From Sphingomonas bacterium (GTDB lineage: Bacteria > Pseudomonadota > Alphaproteobacteria > Sphingomonadales > Sphingomonadaceae), in assembly GCA_047602705.1 (NCBI GenBank), contig JASGGR010000002.1:1908-65907 (forward strand): a DNA stretch of 64,000 nt, given 5' to 3'. Shown here piece by piece: positions 58,313 through 64,000 of this stretch (positions are counted from its first letter, which is position 1; each line of letters begins with the position of its first letter). The position numbers and the translations under genes were made by a program. The notes below the pieces were generated by a model, which worked only from the letters and a program-made list of their open reading frames with translations, was not told the DNA's origin and did no database searches.

Positions 58313-59910
58313 CGGCCGTGGCCCTCCCCCCGACGATCCCGCACCTCGCCGCCTCCGCCGCCGAACGCTTCGGGGATCGTCCCGCGCTGCTGGAAGACGG
58401 CGAGACGTGGAGCTTCGCGGAACTCTGGCGGCGCGCCCGTGCGGCGGCCTCCGCCTTCCTCGCCAACGGGATCGGGCCAGGCGATCGCATCGCGATCTGG
58501 GCGCCCAACCGCGCGGAATGGATCGTCGCGGCGATCGGCGCGCAGACGGCGGGCGCGGCGATCGTGCCGCTCAACACCCGGCTGAAGGGACGCGAGGCGG
58601 GCGATATCCTGCGGCGCACAGGCGCGCGGATGCTGTTCGCGGTCGGCGACTTCCTCGGCACCGACTATCCCGCGCTGCTGGCGGATGAGGACCTGCCCGC
58701 GCTGGAACGGACGACCCTGTTCGACTGCGATTGGGAGGCTTTCCTCGCCGAAGGCGCGGGTGCTGAAGATACTCGCGTCGCCGACGCCCTCGCCGCGCTC
58801 CGCCCCGATGCCCTGAGCGACATCATGTTCACCTCCGGCACCACCGGCGCGCCCAAGGGCGTGCTGACCACGCACGGCCGCATCATCCCGATGTTCGAGG
58901 CTTGGGGCGATGCGGTGGGGCTGCGCGAGGGGGACGTGTATCTGATCGTCAACCCCTTCTTCCACAGCTTCGGCTTCAAGGCCGGCTGGGTCGCGGCGCT
59001 CATCAAGGGCGCGACGATCGTGCCGATGGCGACCTTCGACTTGGCGAAGGCGATCGCGCATATCGAGCGGGATCGCGTCTCCTTCCTCCCCGGCCCGCCG
59101 ACGATCTTCCAGTCGCTGCTGGCGGAGCCGCGCTTCGATTCCGCCTCGCTGCGCTGCGCCGTGACGGGCGCGGCGACCGTGCCGCCGATCCTGATCGAGC
59201 GGATGCGGGACGAGCTTGGCTTCCGCACCATCGTCACCGCCTATGGCATGACGGAATGCAGCGCGATCACCTCCTGCCGGCAGGGCGATTCCGTCGCGCT
59301 GGTCGCATCGAGCTGCGGCAAGGCGCTGCCGGGGCTGGACGTGAAATGCGCCGACGACGCGGGGCGCGAGGTGCCGCGCGGCCAGGAGGGCGAGGTGCTG
59401 GTGCGCGGCTACGGCGTGATGCTCGGCTATCTCGACGATCCCGCCGCCACCGCCGAGGCGATCGACGCCGGCGGCTGGCTCCATACCGGCGATGTGGGCG
59501 TGATGGACGCGGCGGGCTATCTGCGCATCACCGACCGCAAGAAGGACATGTACATCTCCGGCGGGTTCAACTGCTATCCGGCGGAGATCGAGAAATTGCT
59601 CTCCGCCCACCCTGCCGTCGCAGCCGTCGCCGTGATCGGCGTGCCGGACGAGCGGATGGGCGAGATCGGCCACGCCTTCGTCGTGCTCCGTCCCGGCACG
59701 CAGGCCGACGAAGCGGCGCTGGTCGGCTGGTCGCGCGCGAACATGGCGAACTACAAGGCCCCGCGCCGCGTGACCCTGCTCGACGCGCTGCCGCTCAACG
59801 CATCCGGCAAGGTGGTGAAGCCCGAGCTGCGCGCGATAGCGGGAGGGGGAATGCTGAACCGCAGGGATCGGGTTCCCGAAGGCCTTACGAAACCAGCCGC
59901 GAGGCCATGA
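58309..59910 (+). CDS. fadD3: acyl-CoA ligase, HIP-CoA synthetase-like
   Basis: SDIMFTSGTTGAPKG, NPFFHSFGFKAG, AYGMTE, ITDRKKDMYISGGFNCYPAE; GTG overlaps the MaoC stop. Confidence 0.85.
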   Translation: MTAVALPPTIPHLAASAAERFGDRPALLEDGETWSFAELWRRARAAASAFLANGIGPGDRIAIWAPNRAEWIVAAIGAQTAGAAIVPLNTRLKGREAGDILRRTGARMLFAVGDFLGTDYPALLADEDLPALERTTLFDCDWEAFLAEGAGAEDTRVADALAALRPDALSDIMFTSGTTGAPKGVLTTHGRIIPMFEAWGDAVGLREGDVYLIVNPFFHSFGFKAGWVAALIKGATIVPMATFDLAKAIAHIERDRVSFLPGPPTIFQSLLAEPRFDSASLRCAVTGAATVPPILIERMRDELGFRTIVTAYGMTECSAITSCRQGDSVALVASSCGKALPGLDVKCADDAGREVPRGQEGEVLVRGYGVMLGYLDDPAATAEAIDAGGWLHTGDVGVMDAAGYLRITDRKKDMYISGGFNCYPAEIEKLLSAHPAVAAVAVIGVPDERMGEIGHAFVVLRPGTQADEAALVGWSRANMANYKAPRRVTLLDALPLNASGKVVKPELRAIAGGGMLNRRDRVPEGLTKPAARP

Positions 59911-59941
59911 TGCAGACGTCTTGCCAAAGGAAGAAACCAAT

Positions 59942-60775
59942 ATGGCCTATGCACTGACCGGTTTTGAAGGAAAGGTGGCGGTGGTCACCGGCGCCGGCCG
60001 GATGCGCAGCATCGGCCGACCGATCGCGCTGGCATTGGCGCAGGCCGGTTGCGATGTGGTGCTGACGGGCACGGGGCGTCCGCCCGAGGCCTATCCCGAG
60101 GACGAACGCGAAGCGGGCTGGCGCGATATCGAATCGGTGGCGGACGAGATTCGCCAGCTCGGGCGTCGCGCGCTGCCGGTGGTTTCGGATGTAGGCGACC
60201 CGGAGTCGGTCGAGGCGCTGCTCGCACGCATCGTCGGTGAATTCGGCCGTGTGGATTTCCTCGTGAACAATGCCGGCGCCACGCGCGGCAACGATCGCGT
60301 GCCCGTCACCGAATTGTCGATCGAGACATGGCAAAGGGTGATGAACGTCAACCTGAACGGGACGTTCTACATGTCCCGCGCCTTCGCCCGGCGGATGGGC
60401 GAGCAGGGCGATGGCGGGGCGATCATCAACATCTCGTCGCTCGCGTCCCAATTGCTCGCCCCCGATACCGGCGCCTATGCCACCACCAAGGTGGCCATCA
60501 ACGGCCTGACCACCATCATGGCGCGCGAACTGGGGCCGAAGAAGATCCGGGTGAACGTCGTCGCGCCCGGCATCGTGGAGACGAGCCGCCTCGACGACGT
60601 GCCGCGCGGCAAGGTGTGGGACGACATGATCCATTCCTTCATCTCGCTGGGGCGCGCAGGCACGGGCGAGGATATCGCGCACCTCGTGGCGTTCCTGTGC
60701 AGCGACCAGGGCGAATGGATCACCGGGCAGACCATCTATGTCGACGGCGGCCATCTCCCGACGCCACGGCGCTAG
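59942..60775 (+). CDS. SDR oxidoreductase
   Basis: TGAGRMRSIG, NNAG, YATTK; AAGGAAG upstream. Confidence 0.88.
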   Translation: MAYALTGFEGKVAVVTGAGRMRSIGRPIALALAQAGCDVVLTGTGRPPEAYPEDEREAGWRDIESVADEIRQLGRRALPVVSDVGDPESVEALLARIVGEFGRVDFLVNNAGATRGNDRVPVTELSIETWQRVMNVNLNGTFYMSRAFARRMGEQGDGGAIINISSLASQLLAPDTGAYATTKVAINGLTTIMARELGPKKIRVNVVAPGIVETSRLDDVPRGKVWDDMIHSFISLGRAGTGEDIAHLVAFLCSDQGEWITGQTIYVDGGHLPTPRR

Positions 60776-60906
60776 GGGCAATCCCTTCCGCCACCCAATA
60801 ATGGGACATTTACGCCAATGTGGCTCTTCGACACGCCATCAGGAGACACAACGGGAGAAAATGCATCGCCCTCGGGTGACACCGGGCGGAAGAAGAGGAA
60901 GAGTCT

Positions 60907-62412
60907 ATGAGCAATTGGGACGCCATTCTCGCCGAGCTCCAGCGCAAGCGCGATTTCGCCGCGGCAATGGGTGGACCGGACCGGCTCGATCGCCATCGGC
61001 GCGCCGGGAAGCTCGACGCCCGGGCGCGCGCGGCGGCGCTGTTCGACGCGGGCAGCTTCGTCGAGATCGGCTCCCTTGCCGGCAACCTGAGCGAAACCGG
61101 CGACGCTCCCGCCCCGGCTGACGGCATGATCGCGGGATTCGGCCGGATCGCGGGCAAGCCCGTGCTGGCGGGGATCGAGGATTTCACGGTGCTCGCCGGC
61201 TCAATCGGCGACGCGGGTTCCGCGAAACGCTACCGGCTGGTGCAACTCGCCCGGCAGGAGCGGGTGCCGCTCGTTTTCATGCTGGAGGGCGCCGGGCATC
61301 GCCTGACGAACGAGCATTCGACGCCCGCGCCCGGCGATCTTCAGGCGCTCGTCGAACTATCCGGGCTGGTGCCGATGGTCTGCCTCGTGATGGGGCCTTC
61401 GGCGGGGCATGGCGCGCTGACCGCGCCGCTCAGCGATTTCGTGGTGATGACCGAAGCCGCCTCGCTGTTCGCCGCCGGCCCGCCGATCGTGAAGGCCGCG
61501 CTCGGCGAAACCGCGACGAAGGAGGAACTGGGCGGGCCGGCGGTGCATGTGAAGGCTTCCGGGCTCGCGCACAATCTCGTCGCCGACGATTCCGCCGCGA
61601 TCGCGATGGCGCGATCCTATCTGTCCTATTTCCCGAGCAACGCGTGGGAGGCTTCCGCGCGGACGGACGGGCCGGACACGGGTCCGCGCCCGCTCGACGG
61701 CATCCTCGACCTGATCAACCCCGATCCGCGCTTCCCCTTCGACGCGCGCCTATTGCTCCGCATGCTCGCCGACGAAGGCAGCGTGCTGGAGGTGCAGCCC
61801 GATTTCGGCGGGACGCTCGTCACCGCGCTGGCGCGGCTGGGCGGGCAGAGCGTTGCGATCGTCGCCAACAATCCGGCGGTGCGCGCCGGGGCGGTCGATT
61901 CGGCGGCGGCGCGGAAGGCCGCGCATTTCCTGGAGGTGGCGGACGCCTTCCATCTGCCCGCGATCTTCCTCGCCGACAATCCGGGCGTGCTGCCGGGCAC
62001 AGCCTCGGAACGGACCGGCGTGCTGCGCAGCGCCGCGCGGATGTTCGCCGTCCAGCACCGGCTGCGCGTGCCGAAGCTGCACGTAACCTTGCGCAAGGCG
62101 TTCGGTTTCGGCTCCTCGATCATGGGGATGAATCCGTTCGACGGGCAGACGCTGACCCTCGCCTTCCCCGCGATCAGCCTCGGCGCGATGCCGGCGGCGA
62201 GCGGTGCGGCGGCGGCCGGGCTCGATGAGGCCGCGCGCGCCAGGGCGATCGCCGGGCAGACGGCGGGCGCCTGGGCGATGAGCGACAAGATGGTCTACGA
62301 TGCGGTGATCGACCCGCGCGAATTGCGGAATGCCCTGCTGGACGGCCTGTCGATGATGCGGGCGCGGCTGGACAGGCTGCCGGAGCCAAGGCCCGGGGGC
62401 ATCATGCCATAG
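60907..62412 (+). CDS. acyl-CoA carboxylase carboxyltransferase (PccB/MccB-like)
   Basis: DFTVLAGSIG, GPSAGHGA, AAGPPIVK, EELGG, DNPGV, LRKAFG, DAVIDPRE. Confidence 0.87.
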   Translation: MSNWDAILAELQRKRDFAAAMGGPDRLDRHRRAGKLDARARAAALFDAGSFVEIGSLAGNLSETGDAPAPADGMIAGFGRIAGKPVLAGIEDFTVLAGSIGDAGSAKRYRLVQLARQERVPLVFMLEGAGHRLTNEHSTPAPGDLQALVELSGLVPMVCLVMGPSAGHGALTAPLSDFVVMTEAASLFAAGPPIVKAALGETATKEELGGPAVHVKASGLAHNLVADDSAAIAMARSYLSYFPSNAWEASARTDGPDTGPRPLDGILDLINPDPRFPFDARLLLRMLADEGSVLEVQPDFGGTLVTALARLGGQSVAIVANNPAVRAGAVDSAAARKAAHFLEVADAFHLPAIFLADNPGVLPGTASERTGVLRSAARMFAVQHRLRVPKLHVTLRKAFGFGSSIMGMNPFDGQTLTLAFPAISLGAMPAASGAAAAGLDEAARARAIAGQTAGAWAMSDKMVYDAVIDPRELRNALLDGLSMMRARLDRLPEPRPGGIMP

Positions 62413-62491
62413 CCCGGACGCCCGAAATGGCGAGCGGCACGACAGGCGGTGATTCCGAAGGCAAGCGGGGTGCGGAATGATGCGCTGCAAG

Positions 62492-62697
62492 GGCGCTGTC
62501 AGACTAACGCGAACTTGTCTCTCCAGGATGCACGCCCCCCCGTTCCGGGCACCCGTTCAGCTTGCAAGGCTCCGTCATTCCGCCAGCGCGGCGGAGCGTC
62601 GTGCCCTGCATGTCAGACGATCAATGAGATGACGTTCGAGATTGAAGTGATTGCCAATGCTGGCGTGAACCGAGGCGAATTTCTGTAACTCTTCATC
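62492..62697 (-). mobile_element. IS6-family remnant: transposase C-terminus plus a candidate terminal inverted repeat
   Basis: Minus-strand LQKFASVHASIGNHFNLERHL...RSAALAE resembles the IS6 transposase C-terminus; GGCGCTGTCAGAC at 62492 resembles IS6 ends. Confidence 0.7.
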
Positions 62698-62898
62698 CGC
62701 CGGAATCCCGGCATCGCCCGCAACGTCGGGCGCCGACTCTGCGCCGTTGAACAACAGGCGGCGAAGCCGCTGGCGATCCCGGTCCTTGCGGATCAACTCG
62801 CGCACATATTCGCTGCTGGTGCCGTAGCCGCGTCCGACGACCTGTTCGTCAACGAAGCTCTTGAGCGTATCCGGGAGCGAGATGTTCATCGTGCCCAT
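62575..62898 (-). pseudogene. parD: ParD-family RHH antitoxin fused in frame to an IS6 transposase tail
   Basis: MGTMNISLPDTLKSFVDEQV..GYGTSSEYVRELIRKD..RLRRLL..GAES; no parE follows. Confidence 0.75.
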
Positions 62899-63151
62899 GC
62901 CAGCCAAGATAGATGTTTGGCAAAGTTCGGCAAGGTGATCGAATAAGATGCTCTGTGATCGCTGCAGCCTTGCCGACGAGCCGATCGGCTCGAAGTCCCC
63001 CGAGCGGAGGCGTAGTAGAATCACAACGCAACTGGCCCCAGTTATTGCGCAACTGGTCGCTGGAGTTCGCAGCAATCCACCGCCAAAGTCCGGACCCAGG
63101 TTAGGACCGGAAGCAGGCAATTTCCACAACTATTTGAAAAATAGGTCTTTC

Positions 63152-63241
63152 TGGCGGAGACGGAGGGATTCGAACCCTCGATACGGTTTCCCGTATGACG
63201 CTTTAGCAAAGCGTTGGTTTCAGCCGCTCACCCACGTCTCC
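63152..63241 (-). tRNA. tRNA-Ser(GCT)
   Basis: GGAGACG acceptor stem, ACGCT-TT-GCT-AA-AGCGT anticodon arm, long variable arm, GTTCGAATC, encoded CCA. Confidence 0.97.
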
Positions 63242-63418
63242 GGCTGCAGCGCGAGGGCGGGCTATAGCGGGGGGAATCGCGGCAATCAACCGGCGCGTGC
63301 ACGGATTCGCCTCGGCGCGAAATCGACTCGGGTCGTCGCCCGGTTCATTGCGGGGAAAGGCGCGCGGGAGCTACGCTCTCGCCAACGGGAACGCTCCGCT
63401 CCCGGGGGGATGTTTACG

Positions 63419-64000
63419 ATGCGCAAGGCGATGCTGGCCCTGGGGCTCACCGCGATATTGTCAACCACCGCCGCCGCGCAGGTGCGGACGATCGATCCCA
63501 ACGGCGCGATCGACGGCGATATCTCGCCCGCGCCGCAGCAGACCCAGCGCTTTCCGGACGAACCCGTTCCGTCGGAGCCGGCGCCCGCGCAATCGGCGCC
63601 GCTGAACCTCCCGCCCGCGAACAGCCAGGGCGCCACCCCCGCGCCCGTGCAGGACGGCCGCGCGCAAAGCCCCTCCGCGGCGGCGGACACGTTCAAGCGC
63701 GACGACCTGATCGGCGCGGGCGAGGGCGTGTTCGGCAAGGGCGCGGAGGGCTTCGCCTCGATCATCGAGAAGATCCTGAAGGATCAGGGCGAGCCGAACG
63801 CCTATATCGCCGGGCGCGAGGCGTCGGGCGCGGTGGTCGTGGGGCTGCGCTACGGCTCCGGCATCATGACGCACAAGGTGGAGGGGCAGATGCCGGTCTA
63901 TTGGACCGGCCCGTCGCTCGGCTTCGATCTGGGCGGGGACGCCAACAAGGTGTTCGTATTGGTCTACAACCTCTACGACACGGAGGAGCTTTACCGGCGC
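63419..64000 (+). CDS. eipA: envelope integrity protein EipA / DUF1134 (runs off the window)
   Basis: Signal peptide, Pro-rich linker, GEPNAYIAGREASGA, GLRYGSG, VYWTGPSLGFD, LVYNL. Confidence 0.85.
   Translation, partial: MRKAMLALGLTAILSTTAAAQVRTIDPNGAIDGDISPAPQQTQRFPDEPVPSEPAPAQSAPLNLPPANSQGATPAPVQDGRAQSPSAAADTFKRDDLIGAGEGVFGKGAEGFASIIEKILKDQGEPNAYIAGREASGAVVVGLRYGSGIMTHKVEGQMPVYWTGPSLGFDLGGDANKVFVLVYNLYDTEELYRR

Noticed and set aside
53634-59910. Apparent fusion proteins or long N-terminal extensions in the ORF track (e.g. 53634, 56355, 56981, 57982)
   Set aside because: The extensions overlap upstream genes in another frame; internal starts with stop/start overlaps give normal lengths.
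59836-59910. C-terminal tail of fadD3 extending about 25 aa past the usual end
   Set aside because: It could reflect a lost stop at a junction, but variable tails are common and the catalytic Lys motif is intact.
60787-60816. Possible seventh dyad before the carboxyltransferase (CGCC-N18-TACG)
   Set aside because: The left half-site has two mismatches in the core and the right flank differs; too weak to claim without a matrix score.
1-64000. CRISPR arrays, rRNA, prophage, integrase or defence systems
   Set aside because: No regularly spaced repeats or matching protein motifs were seen.

Overview
GC-rich alphaproteobacterial DNA, most consistent with a sphingomonad (TonB receptor, EipA/DUF1134 gene, REP-type palindrome). 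From left to right: a bioF-bioD-bioA operon; a LysR-linked amidohydrolase/deaminase/CynX-like MFS module of unknown substrate; a ~52 kb aerobic 9,10-seco steroid (probably bile-acid) catabolic cluster (~9.8-62.4 kb); then a parD-IS6 remnant, tRNA-Ser(GCT) and the start of eipA. The cluster encodes uptake (TonB receptor, MFS), an amidase/Rieske/CoA-ligase module, A/B-ring enzymes (KSI, KstD, Delta4-KSTD, KshA, HsaA/C/D, hydratase-aldolase-acylating dehydrogenase) and a complete C/D-ring (HIP) operon. The strongest new signal is a dyad, (T/C)(G/T)CGTA-N18-TACG(C/A)A, found by eye in six promoter regions of the cluster. The only regulators inside the cluster are two translationally coupled Lrp/AsnC genes, which suggests an Lrp-type steroid regulon. 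Two lesions are visible: a frameshift in ipdB and an in-frame deletion removing the ATP-binding P-loop of a CoA ligase. Products are assigned from remembered family motifs; no database search was run.
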